This document shows, piece after piece, positions 9,723 to 20,902 of a DNA stretch of 64,000 nt. The position numbers and the translations under genes are program-made. The notes beneath the pieces are model-generated. The model was not told the origin of the DNA. It saw only the letters and a list, made by a program, of their open reading frames with translations, and ran no database searches. Source of the stretch: an uncultured Rhodobacteraceae bacterium (GTDB taxonomy: Bacteria; Pseudomonadota; Alphaproteobacteria; Rhodobacterales; Rhodobacteraceae); assembly GCA_947494675.1 (NCBI GenBank), contig CANLVP010000003.1, positions 233,791-297,790 of the forward strand, in the 5' to 3' direction. How positions within the stretch are numbered: the first letter of the stretch is position 1; each line of letters begins with the position of its first letter.

Positions 9723-12700
9723 TTAGACTTCCTCGACCTCGATCACGCCGCCAAGTGACCGCAACGCTCCACGGATTTGCGGGTTCACCGGGAAATCACG
9801 GCCCAAATCAACCTCAACCTCGCCGGGCAGATCGTCGTTCATCAGGCAGAAATAGATCGGCCCACGCCCGCCCTTCACCCCGTCGCGCATCGCGTTGTCC
9901 AAGATGGATGCGACGGAGGGGATTGCCTCTGGCCCGTCCAGAAACACCCGCAGACCTTGGCTGCTGACGTCCGTGACGGCGGTGTCGATGGGGCTGACCG
10001 AGCGGCCCAAAAGCTTGAGCTGATCAGCCTCAAGCGTGGCCTCGCATTGCAACACGACCTGCGCCCCGGTTTCCAGATGTTCGCGCGCAACCTCAAGCGT
10101 GTCGCTGAACATCGTAACCTCATATTGTCCTGTCGGATCAGACAGTTGCACGAATGCAAACCGGTTGCCGCGCGCCGATTTACGCTCCTGCCGCCCGCTG
10201 ACGGTGCCTGCCATCTTGACGATGGCCGCGCCTCTTTCGGCGCGCGCTGTCACCTCGTCCAGCGTCATCACCTGCTTGCGTTTCAGCGCACCCATGTAGT
10301 CGTCCAGCGGATGCCCTGACAGATAGAACCCGATGGCTTTGAATTCTTCGGCCAGCCGTTCGGCGGGCAGCCAATCGTCCCCACCGGCAAGGCGCGGCTC
10401 TGGCAGATCATCGCCCGCCTCACCAAAGAGGCTGACCTGATTTGACGACTTCTGATCATGGATCGCCGCCGAATAGGCCGAAAGCTGGTCAAGCGAATTG
10501 AAGACACGCCGCCGGTTCGGGTCGAGCACATCAAAGGCCCCTGCCCGCGCCAACATCTCAAGCGGGCGCTTACCAATCCGTTTCAGATCGCAGCGGCGCG
10601 CCACGTCAAAAAGGTTCACAAACTCACCGTCGGCACGCGCCTCAACGATCAGCTTCATCGCCTCGACGCCAACGTTCTTGAGCGCGCCCAACCCATAGAC
10701 AAGCTTTTGATCTTTCACATCAAATGTCGCTTGAGACCGGTTCACGCAAGGCGGGATATAGTCGATCCCAAGCCCCTTTTTAACTTCTTGAAAATAGACG
10801 CCAAGCTTGTCGGTCAGATGGATATCGCAGTTCATCACACCAGCCATGAATTCGACCGGATGGTTCGCCTTGAGCCATGCCGTTTGGTAGGAAACCACCG
10901 CATAGGCCGCCGCGTGGGACTTGTTGAAGCCGTAGTTGGCGAACTTTTCCAGCAGATCGAAAACCTCGGTCGCCTTTTTCTTATCGACCCCGTTTTCCAT
11001 CGCCCCTTTTTCGAACTTGGGGCGTTCCTTGGCCATTTCCTCGGCGATCTTTTTGCCCATCGCCCGGCGCAACAGATCCGCACCGCCCAGCGAATAGCCC
11101 GCCATGACCTGCGCGATCTGCATCACCTGTTCCTGATAGACGATGATGCCTTGGGTTTCTTCGAGAATGTAGTCGATGGACGGATGGATCGATTCCAGTG
11201 GCTTTTGACCGTTCTTCACCTCGCAATAGGTCGGGATATTCTCCATCGGACCGGGCCGATACAGCGCCACAAGAGCCACGATATCCTCGATACAGGTGGG
11301 CTTCATCCGCTTGAGCGCATCCATCATGCCGCTGGATTCCACCTGGAACACGGCGATGGTCTTGGCGCTGGCATAAAGCTTGTAAGACGCCTCATCATCC
11401 AGCGGGATCGTCCCGATGTCGTTGATCGCACCTTCGGGTGGCGTAAACAGCTCTGTCCCGTCGGCGGCCACGTGCAGGGGGCGACCTGATTTGATGATCA
11501 GATCGACGGCGTTTTGAATCACCGTCAGCGTCTTCAGGCCCAGAAAGTCAAACTTAACCAGCCCCGCCTGTTCCACCCACTTCATATTGAACTGCGTGGC
11601 AGGCATGTCCGAACGGGGGTCTTGATACAGCGGCACCAGCTCATCCAGTGGCCGGTCCCCGATCACGACACCCGCCGCGTGGGTGGAGGCATTGCGCAGC
11701 AGCCCTTCGACCTGTTGCGCATAGGTCAACAACCGGTCCACAACCTCTTCGGCCTTCGCCTCTTCCCGCAAGCGCGGCTCATCCGCCAGTGCCTTTTCGA
11801 TGCTGACAGGCTTGACCCCTTCAACCGGAATCATCTTGGACAAGCGATCCACCTGCCCATACGGCATTTGCAGAACCCGTCCCACATCGCGCACCGCCGC
11901 TTTGGACAAAAGCGCACCAAATGTGATGATCTGCCCCACTTTGTCGCGGCCATATTTTTCCTGCACATAGCGGATCACCTCTTCGCGGCGGTCCATGCAG
12001 AAATCGATGTCGAAATCGGGCATCGACACACGTTCGGGGTTCAGGAACCGCTCAAACAGCAGCGAATAGCGCAACGGATCAAGGTCGGTGATCAGCAGGG
12101 CATAGGCCACCAGCGACCCCGCACCCGACCCTCGCCCCGGCCCCACCGGGATGGCGTTGTCTTTTGACCACTTGATGAAGTCGGCAACGATCAAAAAGTA
12201 ACCCGGAAACCCCATGCCTTCGATGATGCCAAGTTCAAATTCCAGCCGCTTTTCATATTCCTCAATGCTGGCGGCATGGGGGATCACGGACAGACGATAC
12301 TTCAGCCCTTCCTGCGCCTGACGCCGCAGTTCGGCCACCTCGTCCTCGGCAAATTTCGGAAGGATCGGATCGCGCTTGTAGGTCTTGAACGCGCAGCGAC
12401 GGGCGATTTCGACCGTGTTCTCAATCGCTTCCGGCAAATCAGCAAACAGCGTCGCCATCTCTTGCGCGCTCTTGAAATAGTGCTGCGGTGTTAGCCTGCG
12501 GCGCGGCTCTTGCTGATCGACATAAGCCCCTTCGGCGATACAGATCAGCGCGTCATGCGCCTCATAAAGCCCCGTCTGCGGAAAATAGACGTCGTTGGTC
12601 GCCACGAGCGGAAGCCCCTTGGCATAGGCCATTTCGATGTGGCCCCGCTCGGACAGCTTTTCCGCTTCGGGCAAGCCACCGTCGCCGGGATGCCGTTGCA

Positions 12701-13220
12701 ATTCCACGTAAATTCGGTCGGCAAAGATCGCGGCGATGCGGTCCATCAGTGCCTCGGCTTTGGGCCGTTGTCCCTGCCGTAAAAGCCGCCCAATGGGCCC
12801 ATCCGGCCCACCCGTCAAACAGATCAGCCCAGCGCTGTGCCGTTCCAGATCCTCCATGCTGACCTGCGGCAATTGCCCATCCGCGTCCAGATAGGCGCAG
12901 GAATTCAGCTTCATCAGATTCATGTAACCGGCTTCGGATTGCGCCAGCAAAACCACCGGTGCCGGTGCCTCGGGCCGTTTGCCGGGATCGGGCGTCGTAT
13001 AGGTCAGATCGATCTGACAGCCGACAATCGGCTGCACGCCTTCCTTGCTTGCATATTCCGAAAATTCGAGTGCGGCGAACATGTTATTTGTGTCGGTGAT
13101 CGCCACCGCAGGCATGTCGTGCTTGGCCGCAAGGCCCGCTAATTTCTTAACCGGAATCGCCCCTTCCAGCAGGGAATATTCAGTGTGCAGGCGCAGGTGG
13201 ATGAATCGGGGATCAGACAT
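9723..13220 (-). CDS. dnaE: DNA polymerase III subunit alpha
   Basis: 1165 aa with a PHP-domain N-terminus (FIHLRLHTEYSLLEGA), a polymerase core and a C-terminal OB fold. Confidence 0.97.
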   Translation of the reverse strand: MSDPRFIHLRLHTEYSLLEGAIPVKKLAGLAAKHDMPAVAITDTNNMFAALEFSEYASKEGVQPIVGCQIDLTYTTPDPGKRPEAPAPVVLLAQSEAGYMNLMKLNSCAYLDADGQLPQVSMEDLERHSAGLICLTGGPDGPIGRLLRQGQRPKAEALMDRIAAIFADRIYVELQRHPGDGGLPEAEKLSERGHIEMAYAKGLPLVATNDVYFPQTGLYEAHDALICIAEGAYVDQQEPRRRLTPQHYFKSAQEMATLFADLPEAIENTVEIARRCAFKTYKRDPILPKFAEDEVAELRRQAQEGLKYRLSVIPHAASIEEYEKRLEFELGIIEGMGFPGYFLIVADFIKWSKDNAIPVGPGRGSGAGSLVAYALLITDLDPLRYSLLFERFLNPERVSMPDFDIDFCMDRREEVIRYVQEKYGRDKVGQIITFGALLSKAAVRDVGRVLQMPYGQVDRLSKMIPVEGVKPVSIEKALADEPRLREEAKAEEVVDRLLTYAQQVEGLLRNASTHAAGVVIGDRPLDELVPLYQDPRSDMPATQFNMKWVEQAGLVKFDFLGLKTLTVIQNAVDLIIKSGRPLHVAADGTELFTPPEGAINDIGTIPLDDEASYKLYASAKTIAVFQVESSGMMDALKRMKPTCIEDIVALVALYRPGPMENIPTYCEVKNGQKPLESIHPSIDYILEETQGIIVYQEQVMQIAQVMAGYSLGGADLLRRAMGKKIAEEMAKERPKFEKGAMENGVDKKKATEVFDLLEKFANYGFNKSHAAAYAVVSYQTAWLKANHPVEFMAGVMNCDIHLTDKLGVYFQEVKKGLGIDYIPPCVNRSQATFDVKDQKLVYGLGALKNVGVEAMKLIVEARADGEFVNLFDVARRCDLKRIGKRPLEMLARAGAFDVLDPNRRRVFNSLDQLSAYSAAIHDQKSSNQVSLFGEAGDDLPEPRLAGGDDWLPAERLAEEFKAIGFYLSGHPLDDYMGALKRKQVMTLDEVTARAERGAAIVKMAGTVSGRQERKSARGNRFAFVQLSDPTGQYEVTMFSDTLEVAREHLETGAQVVLQCEATLEADQLKLLGRSVSPIDTAVTDVSSQGLRVFLDGPEAIPSVASILDNAMRDGVKGGRGPIYFCLMNDDLPGEVEVDLGRDFPVNPQIRGALRSLGGVIEVEEV

Positions 13221-13237
13221 GCCGCGACCTTAAGACG

Positions 13238-14023
13238 GTGGCCACAAATGGGAAAGCTGCAATGGCTGTGCTTCTGGCAAAATTGGGTCTAAGCTTCGTC
13301 AGTGCGGTATTCCGGAGTAACCATGCAAAGACTTTTCTCAGCGATAGACAGCACACTTTCCGATCACCTTACCGCGCTTGTCGGGCCTTGAGCGTTTCAC
13401 AAATCCTACGGATCGTCCTGCAACTTGGCGCGCTTGTCGCCTTGGTCTTTGGCGCGATGCAACTGGCGGATTGGGTGAAAGACTTTCTGGACATGGAGAT
13501 CACGCCCCACACCGAAGCCATGGCCTTTCGCCTGCTGATGATCAGCCTCCTGATCTATGCGGTCCTCATCGCGCTCCCCTTTGTGCCGGGGGCCGAGATT
13601 GGCCTCAGCCTGATCGCCATCTTTGGCGCGGGTGCTGCCCCCTTTGTTTATCTCGCAACTTTGGCAGGCCTCTGCCTTGCCTATTTCGTGGGCGCGCTGG
13701 TGCCGATTGAGACGACCTGCCGGATCTTCAAACGGATGGGCCTTCATCGCATGGCCGCGCTTGTTCGGCGCGCCGATCAACCCGGCGCATCGCTGGCCGA
13801 CGTGATTGACAACAGATGGGGGGCGACGGTTGCGCGTCACCGGCATTTGGCCTTCGGGCTTTTGTTGAATGTGCCCGGCAACATGGTGCTGGGCGGCGGC
13901 GGTGGGCTGTCGCTATTTGCGGGGCTGTGCCGTGCGTTTCACCCTCTTGCCTTCGTGGCCACCGTCGCCATCGCCGTGGCCCCAATTCCATTCACCGTCT
14001 ATGTCCTCGGCGTGAACTTCTAG
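13238..14023 (+). CDS. hypothetical multi-pass membrane protein (start uncertain; an in-frame TTG at 13388 is an alternative)
   Basis: Several hydrophobic helices (LRIVLQLGALVALVFGA, LLMISLLIYAVLIALPFVPGAEIGLSLIAIFGAGAAPFVYLATLAGLCLAYFVG). No family recognised. Confidence 0.6.
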   Translation: MATNGKAAMAVLLAKLGLSFVSAVFRSNHAKTFLSDRQHTFRSPYRACRALSVSQILRIVLQLGALVALVFGAMQLADWVKDFLDMEITPHTEAMAFRLLMISLLIYAVLIALPFVPGAEIGLSLIAIFGAGAAPFVYLATLAGLCLAYFVGALVPIETTCRIFKRMGLHRMAALVRRADQPGASLADVIDNRWGATVARHRHLAFGLLLNVPGNMVLGGGGGLSLFAGLCRAFHPLAFVATVAIAVAPIPFTVYVLGVNF

Positions 14024-14038
14024 CACCTGATTGCACAT

Positions 14039-14058
14039 ACTTAGCTTCCACGCTAAGT
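14039..14058. promoter_or_regulatory. inverted repeat ACTTAGC-N6-GCTAAGT; candidate operator of the adjacent ArsR-family gene
   Basis: A perfect 7-bp inverted repeat sits about 30 nt upstream of the ATG at 14089. Confidence 0.4.
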
Positions 14059-14088
14059 TTTCTCAGAAACCACGGACAACCCTCTGAA

Positions 14089-14391
14089 ATGTCAGCCGAA
14101 CTTGATCAATTCTTTGCTGCCATGGCCGATCCAACCCGGCGAGCCGTCATCGAACAACTCACAGCCGGACGCGCCACCGTGTCCGCATTGGCGGCATCGC
14201 ATGACATGGCCCTGCCCAGCTTCATGCGTCACCTCAAAGTCCTCGAAGACGCTGGCCTCGTCCGGTCCGTAAAAAAGGGACGGGTGCGGACCTGTGTGAT
14301 CGAGCCGCGTCCTTTGATCGAGGCGCAAGGCTGGCTGGAATGGCAGCGCGCGGTCTGGGAAGGCCGCAACGACGCGACGGATCAGATATAG
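14089..14391 (+). CDS. ArsR/SmtB-family transcriptional regulator
   Basis: FAAMADPTRRAVIEQL ... LPSFMRHLKVLEDAGLV is a winged-HTH typical of ArsR. The start is the ATG at MSAELDQ. Confidence 0.85.
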   Translation: MSAELDQFFAAMADPTRRAVIEQLTAGRATVSALAASHDMALPSFMRHLKVLEDAGLVRSVKKGRVRTCVIEPRPLIEAQGWLEWQRAVWEGRNDATDQI

Positions 14392-14738
14392 GCCAAAACC
14401 TCAATCCGGTTGCCAAAAGGGTCCGCAATGTAGAAGCGCCGCAAACCGGGCAGCGCTGAAATCTCACCGCCGTCCAAGGCCACCTGCGCCGCCTCCAGAT
14501 CATCGACGACAAGTGCGGGATGCGCCTTACGAGCGGGCGCAAAGGGGTCTTCTACACCCAAATGCAGCTTGATCCCCGGCCCTTCAAACCAGCAGCCACC
14601 ACGTCCGGCGAGCGCTTCGGGCTTGTCCACCTCAACCAGACCCAGCCGCCCGACATAGAACGTGCGGGCCGTCTCTTCCGCACCAACCGGTATCGCCAGT
14701 TGCACATGATCAAGGCCGGAAAGGTGAAAACTGCTCAT
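14382..14738 (-). CDS. VOC (glyoxalase/bleomycin-resistance/dioxygenase) family protein
   Basis: LDHVQLAIPVGAEETARTFYVGRLGL ... FYIADPFGNRIEV. Its 3' end overlaps the convergent ArsR gene by 10 nt. Confidence 0.8.
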   Translation of the reverse strand: MSSFHLSGLDHVQLAIPVGAEETARTFYVGRLGLVEVDKPEALAGRGGCWFEGPGIKLHLGVEDPFAPARKAHPALVVDDLEAAQVALDGGEISALPGLRRFYIADPFGNRIEVLAYI

Positions 14739-14893
14739 TTCTTATGCCTAGCGCGGTCCGCCCAGTAGGGAAAGGCTTGCCATCCGCGCAAATGCCCGCT
14801 TTTCTGGCAAAGACCGGGGGGTCCGCTGTCTACGCCGCATCGACAACAGGCCAAACACCCCAGCACCATCGGTAAGGCGGCACGAGTTTTCAC

Positions 14894-16237
14894 ATGGAGA
14901 CGACGTTTCTTCTGAATGGAGAGACCGTGACCGCCCAGACCGGTCCGACCACCACGCTGCTGGATTGGCTGCGCGAGGGGCAAGGGCTTTGCGGCACCAA
15001 AGAAGGCTGCAACGAGGGCGACTGCGGTGCCTGCACCGTGATGGTGACCGATGATGACGGGGCCAAGGCCCTGAACGCCTGCATCCTGTTCGTGCCGCAG
15101 TTGGCAGGCCGCGCGGTCCGCACCGTCGAAGGGATCGCTGCCCCCGATGGCGCGCCGCACCCGGTGCAGCAGGCCATGGTCGACCACCACGGATCGCAAT
15201 GTGGGTTCTGCACGCCCGGCTTTATCGTCAGCATGGCCACCGCGCATCTGAACGGCCGCCACGACCATGACGACCAGCTTGCGGGCAATCTGTGCCGATG
15301 CACCGGCTATGCCCCGATCATCCGGGCGGCTAAGGCCGCAGAAAAGGTCCCTGTCCCGCCACATCTGCGCGACACGCCGGTCGCCTCCGCTGACTTGACC
15401 CCATTGGACGACTTCGCCACGTGGTATGCTGATAACCCCGATGCCACCCTGATCGCCGGGGCCACGGATGTGGGGCTTTGGGTCACCAAGCAGTTCCGGG
15501 ATTTGGGCGAGGTTGCATTCCTGAACCGCGTTGGCGGGCTTCGCCAGACATCACGAACGCCCGACACCCTGACGTTCGGCGCGATGGTGTCGATGACAGA
15601 GGTGCTCGACCTGATCGCCGCCGACTACCCCAGCTATGCCGCGATGATCCGCCGCTATGGCTCAGTGCAGGTGCGCAATGCCGCCACCATCGGCGGCAAT
15701 ATCGCCAACGGATCTCCTATCGGCGACAACCCACCCGTCTTGATCGCGCTGGGCGCAACCCTGCACCTGCGGCAAGGCGACACCACGCGGGACCTGCCCG
15801 TTGAGGATTTCTTTCAGGCCTATGGCAAACAAGACCGCCAGCCCGGCGAATTCGTCACCGGGGTCACGATCCCGCGCGGTCAAGACGCGCACCGGGTCTT
15901 TAAGCTCAGCAAGCGGTTCGATCAGGATATCTCTGCCGTCTGTGGCGCGTTCAACGTCACAGTATCGGATGGCGTCGTCTCGCAGGCCCGCATCGCCTTT
16001 GGCGGCATGGCAGGCATCCCGCAACGCGCAAAAGCGGTCGAAGCGGCGCTAATCGGCAAGCCTTGGAACCAGAATTCAATCGACGCCGCAATCCCCGCCT
16101 TCGCGCAGGATTTCACGCCACTCTCCGACATGCGCGCCAGCGCCGCCTACCGGCTTGAGACCGCACAAAACATGCTGCGCCGCTACTTTGCTGACCTCTC
16201 AGGCGCGGACGTCAACGTGCAGGCGGTGCAGGCATGA
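14894..16237 (+). CDS. xdhA: xanthine dehydrogenase small subunit (2Fe-2S and FAD-binding)
   Basis: Fe-S motifs [11 protein letters not shown] and CGFCTPG ... CRCTGY, followed by an FAD-binding domain. Confidence 0.92.
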   Translation: METTFLLNGETVTAQTGPTTTLLDWLREGQGLCGTKEGCNEGDCGACTVMVTDDDGAKALNACILFVPQLAGRAVRTVEGIAAPDGAPHPVQQAMVDHHGSQCGFCTPGFIVSMATAHLNGRHDHDDQLAGNLCRCTGYAPIIRAAKAAEKVPVPPHLRDTPVASADLTPLDDFATWYADNPDATLIAGATDVGLWVTKQFRDLGEVAFLNRVGGLRQTSRTPDTLTFGAMVSMTEVLDLIAADYPSYAAMIRRYGSVQVRNAATIGGNIANGSPIGDNPPVLIALGATLHLRQGDTTRDLPVEDFFQAYGKQDRQPGEFVTGVTIPRGQDAHRVFKLSKRFDQDISAVCGAFNVTVSDGVVSQARIAFGGMAGIPQRAKAVEAALIGKPWNQNSIDAAIPAFAQDFTPLSDMRASAAYRLETAQNMLRRYFADLSGADVNVQAVQA

Positions 16238-18519
16238 GCGTCGGATCACCCCTCCCCCATGACGCTGCCGCCCTGCATGTCACCGGCGCGGCCCGCTACA
16301 CAGACGACATCCCGCTGCCCGCCAACGCGCTGCATCTGGCCTTTGGCCTCAGCGATGTTGCACGCGGCACGCTCACCAAGCTTGACCTTACCGCCGTCCG
16401 CGCAGCCCCCGGCGTGCAGGCCGTCCTCACCGCCGACGATCTGCCCCATGCCAATGACGTCAGCCCGTCTGCCCATGATGAACCTTTGCTGGCCACCGGC
16501 ACGGTGCATTACCTTGGGCAACCGATCTTTCTGGTGGTCGCAGACAGCCACTTGCAGGCCCGCCACGCCGCACGACTTGGCGTAATCGAGATCGCAGAAG
16601 AAACGCCGATCTTGTCCATCGATGAGGCCCTTGCCGCCGACAGCCGCTATGAGGATGGGCCACGCATTTGGACAAAGGGTGATGTCGAAACCGCCCTCTC
16701 CGCCGCACCCCATCGCCTGCAAGGCAGGCTTGAGATGGGGGGGCAAGAACACTTCTATCTCGAAGGCCAAGCCGCCGCCGCCCTGCCACAAGAAGGCGGC
16801 GATATGGTGGTGCATAGCTCCACCCAGCACCCGACCGAAATCCAGCATAAGGTGGCCGAGGCTATCGGGACGCACATGCACGCCGTCCGGGTTGAGACCC
16901 GCCGCATGGGCGGTGGTTTTGGCGGCAAGGAAAGTCAAGGCAACGCGCTGGCCGTGTCCTGCGCCGTGGCCGCCCAGCTGACCGGGCGGCCCTGCAAAAT
17001 GCGCTACGACCGCGACGACGACATGATGATCACTGGCAAACGCCACGATTTCCGGATCGATTATGACGTGGGATATGACGCGCAGGGCCGCGTGCTCGCC
17101 GTTGATTTTGTGCAAGCCACACGCTGCGGCTGGGCGATGGACCTGTCCCTGCCCGTCGCCGACCGCGCGATGCTGCACGCCGACAACGCCTATGATCTGA
17201 CCCATTGCCGCATCACCTCGCACCGGCTCAAGACCAACACCCAAAGCGCCACCGCCTATCGCGGCTTTGGCGGCCCGCAGGGTGTTTTTGGGATTGAACG
17301 TGTGATGGATGAGGTCGCCCATGCCACCGGCCTCGATCCGGTGCAGGTCCGGCAAGCGAATTACTACCCGGCGATCACGGCTGCCACCCATGGCACGACG
17401 CCCTACGGGATGCCCGTCACCGACTTCATTTTGCACGAGATGACAGAGGCGCTGCTGATCACCGCGGACTACGCCGCCCGGCGCAAGGCCATTGCCGATT
17501 GGAACGCCACCAACCCGATCCTGAAAAAGGGCATCGGCTTTAGCCCGGTGAAATTCGGGATTTCCTTTACGCTGACGCATCTGAACCAAGCAGGCGCGCT
17601 GGTGCATGTCTATCAAGACGGCTCTGTGCATCTGAACCACGGCGGCACAGAGATGGGTCAGGGCCTTTTTCAAAAGGTGGCGCAGGTCGCCGCGTCCCGG
17701 TTTGGCATCGGGATGGACGCCATCAAGATCACCGCCACCGACACGGCCAAGGTGCCCAACACCTCTGCGACCGCCGCGTCGTCGGGCTCGGACCTTAACG
17801 GCATGGCCGTGGCCGCCGCCTGCGACACGATCCGCGACCGGATTGCGGCGTGTCTGGCCGCGTTGCACCAGATCGATGCGCAAGACGTGCAATTTGCAGA
17901 TGGTAACGTAACTTGCGGCGACACGACGCTCACCTTTGCTGAAGCGGCCAAATGCGCCTACGAAAACCGCGTCAGCCTCTCGGCCACGGGGTTCTACAAG
18001 ACCCCCGACCTCAGTTGGGACCGGATCAAGGGGCAAGGCCGCCCGTTTTTCTATTTCGCCCAAGGGGCCGCGCTAACCGAGGTGGTGATCGACACGCTCA
18101 CCGGCGAAAACCGTATCCTGCGTGCCGACATCCTGCATGACGCCGGTGCGAGCCTGAACGCGGCCCTTGATATCGGCCAGGTCGAAGGTGGCTATGTCCA
18201 GGGCGCCGGGTGGCTGACAACGGAAGAGCTGGTGTGGGACGAGAAAGGCCATCTGCGCACCCATGCGCCCTCCACCTACAAAATCCCCGCTTGCAGCGAC
18301 CGGCCCGATATCTTCAACGTCGCCTTGTGGGACGCCCCAAACCCCGCCCAGACGATTTACCGTTCGAAAGCCGTGGGCGAACCGCCGTTCATGCTTGGCA
18401 TTTCGGCGCATCTGGCGCTGTCTGATGCCGTTGCCGCCTGTGGCGCGACCTATCCCGACCTACAGGCCCCCGCGACTGCCGAAGAGGTGTTGCGCGCCAC
18501 CCACAGGGCCCGCGCATGA
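16234..18519 (+). CDS. xdhB: xanthine dehydrogenase molybdopterin-binding subunit
   Basis: 761-aa aldehyde-oxidase/XDH Mo-pterin domains ([18 protein letters not shown]). The start overlaps the xdhA stop. Confidence 0.93.
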   Translation: MSVGSPLPHDAAALHVTGAARYTDDIPLPANALHLAFGLSDVARGTLTKLDLTAVRAAPGVQAVLTADDLPHANDVSPSAHDEPLLATGTVHYLGQPIFLVVADSHLQARHAARLGVIEIAEETPILSIDEALAADSRYEDGPRIWTKGDVETALSAAPHRLQGRLEMGGQEHFYLEGQAAAALPQEGGDMVVHSSTQHPTEIQHKVAEAIGTHMHAVRVETRRMGGGFGGKESQGNALAVSCAVAAQLTGRPCKMRYDRDDDMMITGKRHDFRIDYDVGYDAQGRVLAVDFVQATRCGWAMDLSLPVADRAMLHADNAYDLTHCRITSHRLKTNTQSATAYRGFGGPQGVFGIERVMDEVAHATGLDPVQVRQANYYPAITAATHGTTPYGMPVTDFILHEMTEALLITADYAARRKAIADWNATNPILKKGIGFSPVKFGISFTLTHLNQAGALVHVYQDGSVHLNHGGTEMGQGLFQKVAQVAASRFGIGMDAIKITATDTAKVPNTSATAASSGSDLNGMAVAAACDTIRDRIAACLAALHQIDAQDVQFADGNVTCGDTTLTFAEAAKCAYENRVSLSATGFYKTPDLSWDRIKGQGRPFFYFAQGAALTEVVIDTLTGENRILRADILHDAGASLNAALDIGQVEGGYVQGAGWLTTEELVWDEKGHLRTHAPSTYKIPACSDRPDIFNVALWDAPNPAQTIYRSKAVGEPPFMLGISAHLALSDAVAACGATYPDLQAPATAEEVLRATHRARA

Positions 18520-19262
18520 CGCCCGTGCGCATCACCATCACCCGTGCCGTCGGGTCAGCGCCACGCGGCGTCGGCACGCAGATGCTCGTTTGGCCCGACC
18601 GGATCGCGGGCACCATCGGCGGCGGCGCATTGGAATGGGCCGCGATGGCAAAGGCGCGGCAAATGCTGGACGACGGACAGAGCCTTGCGCAGGAAACCAT
18701 GCCGCTTGGCCCGGCCCTGGGCCAATGCTGCGGCGGATCGGTCAGCCTGCGCTTTGAGCGTGCCGACACCATGGACAGCCTGCCGCAAAAGCCGCTGTGG
18801 ATCTACGGTGCAGGCCATGTGGGCCGCGCCTTGGTCGCGGTCATGGCCCCCCTGCCCGACTGGGCGATCACATGGGTAGATGTGGCGGACGACCGGTTCG
18901 ATGCTGTGCCGGATGGTGTCACGCAGCTTGTTGCAGCAAACCCCGCCCGCGTCGTTCAACACGCACCAGAAGACGCCCATCACCTGATCCTGACCTATAG
19001 TCATGAGCTTGATATGGCGCTCTGTCATGCGCTCTTGCAGCATGGGTTTGCGAGCGCTGGACTGATCGGCTCCGCCACCAAATGGGCGCGGTTCCGCAAC
19101 CGCCTTTCGGCACTGGGCCACCCACCACAGGACATTGCCCGCATCGCCTGTCCAATCGGTGATCCCGCATTGGGAAAGCATCCGCAGGCTCTTGCTATCG
19201 GGGTGGCACATGCGATGGTGCGTGCGGGACAAAATGCGGCGTTGGGGGACAAAGCAGGATGA
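18516..19262 (+). CDS. xdhC: xanthine dehydrogenase accessory protein
   Basis: XdhC/CoxI-like protein with the Rossmann-like segment IYGAGHVGRALV. It overlaps both neighbours at stop/start. Confidence 0.85.
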   Translation: MTPVRITITRAVGSAPRGVGTQMLVWPDRIAGTIGGGALEWAAMAKARQMLDDGQSLAQETMPLGPALGQCCGGSVSLRFERADTMDSLPQKPLWIYGAGHVGRALVAVMAPLPDWAITWVDVADDRFDAVPDGVTQLVAANPARVVQHAPEDAHHLILTYSHELDMALCHALLQHGFASAGLIGSATKWARFRNRLSALGHPPQDIARIACPIGDPALGKHPQALAIGVAHAMVRAGQNAALGDKAG

Positions 19263-20782
19263 GTGATGTGTTGCTGGACCTTGCCGGTCTGACCAAGGCC
19301 TATCCGGGTGTCGTCGCCAACAATGACGTGTCTTTCCAAATCGGACGCGGCGAAATCCACGCGCTTCTGGGCGAAAACGGTGCGGGCAAATCCACGCTGG
19401 TCAAGACGATCTATGGCCTCGTGAAACCCGATAGCGGCACCATGGTGATGAATGGCGCGGGCTTTGCCCCCGCCGAGCCGAAGGCCGCCCGTGCGGCTGG
19501 TGTCGCAATGGTGTTTCAGCACTTTTCGCTTTTTGATGCCCTTAGCGTCGCCGAAAACATCGCGCTGGGCATGGAAAATCCACCCAAGATGCAGGCCCTG
19601 GCCGCGCGCGTGCGTGCCGTGTCGGATCAATACGGTCTGCCGCTTGATCCGGACCGTGTCGTGGGGGATTTGTCCGCAGGTGAACGCCAACGGGTCGAGA
19701 TCATCCGCTGTCTGCTGCAAGACCCCAAGCTCTTGATCATGGACGAACCCACCAGCGTGCTTACCCCGCAGGAGGTGACAATACTGTTTGAAACCCTGCG
19801 CAAACTGCGGAGCGAAGGGACCTCGATCCTCTATATCTCCCACAAGCTCGAAGAGATCCGCGCGCTCTGTGAGGCCGCGACGATTTTGCGTCTTGGGGAG
19901 GTCGTCGGCTCTTGCGATCCGCGCGAAACTTCTGCCCGTGACATGGCCGAGATGATGGTGGGTCAGGTGCTGCATGTGCCTGAAAAGGCTGAGAAACCAC
20001 AAGGCGATGTGGTCTTGGAGCTCAAATCCCTCTCGGCCCCTGCACCGCATCAATTTGGCACCGCGCTGAAAGACATCTCCATCACGGTCCGCGCGGGCGA
20101 AGTGTTGGGGATCGGCGGGGTCGCAGGCAATGGTCAGGATGAGCTTGTTGCGGCCTTGTCGGGCGAGATGAAGGTGCGCCCCGGCATGGTGATGCTGCGC
20201 GGCGCGGATGTGGGGCTTTTGGCGGTTAACGCCCGACGCAGCATGGGATTGCTGGCCGCACCTGAGGAACGCATGGGCCATGCCGCTGCCCCAGATATGA
20301 CGCTGACCGAAAACGCACTGATGACGGGTGCGACCCGTAAAGGACTGGAAAGCAAAGGTTTCATCCGCTGGGACCGCGCCAAGAGTTTTGCCGCCGAGGT
20401 AATTGAAGGTTTTGATGTGCGCACGCCGGGGGCCGAAAATACCGCGCGGTCGCTCTCGGGCGGAAACCTGCAAAAATTCGTCATCGGCCGCGAGATCATG
20501 CAGGACCCCGATGTTTTTGTGGTCAATCAGCCGACCTGGGGGGTCGATGCCTCTGCCGCCGCTGCCATCCGGCAAGCGCTGTTGGATTTGGTCGCCAAGG
20601 GGGCAGCTGTGATCTGTATCAGTCAGGACCTTGATGAGCTGATGGAAGTGTCCGACCGGTTTTGTGCGCTCAATGAAGGGCGGTTGTCGCAGCCGCGCCC
20701 TGCCAAAGGGCTGACCGTGGAAGAGATCGGTCTGATGCTGGGCGGTGCCCACGATATGGAGGTCGCGCATGTGGAGGGGTGA
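19259..20782 (+). CDS. ABC transporter ATP-binding protein with duplicated ATPase domains (nucleoside/sugar type)
   Basis: Walker A GENGAGKST, signatures LSAGERQ and LSGGNLQK, and a second P-loop GVAGNGQDE. An ATGA overlaps the xdhC stop. Confidence 0.93.
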   Translation: MSDVLLDLAGLTKAYPGVVANNDVSFQIGRGEIHALLGENGAGKSTLVKTIYGLVKPDSGTMVMNGAGFAPAEPKAARAAGVAMVFQHFSLFDALSVAENIALGMENPPKMQALAARVRAVSDQYGLPLDPDRVVGDLSAGERQRVEIIRCLLQDPKLLIMDEPTSVLTPQEVTILFETLRKLRSEGTSILYISHKLEEIRALCEAATILRLGEVVGSCDPRETSARDMAEMMVGQVLHVPEKAEKPQGDVVLELKSLSAPAPHQFGTALKDISITVRAGEVLGIGGVAGNGQDELVAALSGEMKVRPGMVMLRGADVGLLAVNARRSMGLLAAPEERMGHAAAPDMTLTENALMTGATRKGLESKGFIRWDRAKSFAAEVIEGFDVRTPGAENTARSLSGGNLQKFVIGREIMQDPDVFVVNQPTWGVDASAAAAIRQALLDLVAKGAAVICISQDLDELMEVSDRFCALNEGRLSQPRPAKGLTVEEIGLMLGGAHDMEVAHVEG

Positions 20783-20902
20783 GATTGCGCGCAAGCGCGC
20801 CGCATGCTGCGGGCGGGCCGCCCTGCTTTGGACGGCAGCGCCCTTGGTGGATGTCGGAGCCTCCGGCGGGGATATTTATAGACCAAAGAAAGACAGTCGC
20901 GC

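Noticed and set aside
16246-18063. 605-aa ORF antisense to xdhB
   Set aside because: This is a shadow ORF of the kind common in GC-rich DNA. Its translation is Arg/Gly/Ala-rich and low in complexity, while the opposite strand encodes a clearly homologous XdhB.
19025-20794. 589-aa ORF antisense to the ABC ATPase gene
   Set aside because: The reason is the same as for the xdhB antisense ORF. The plus strand carries Walker and signature motifs, and the antisense product has no protein-like features.
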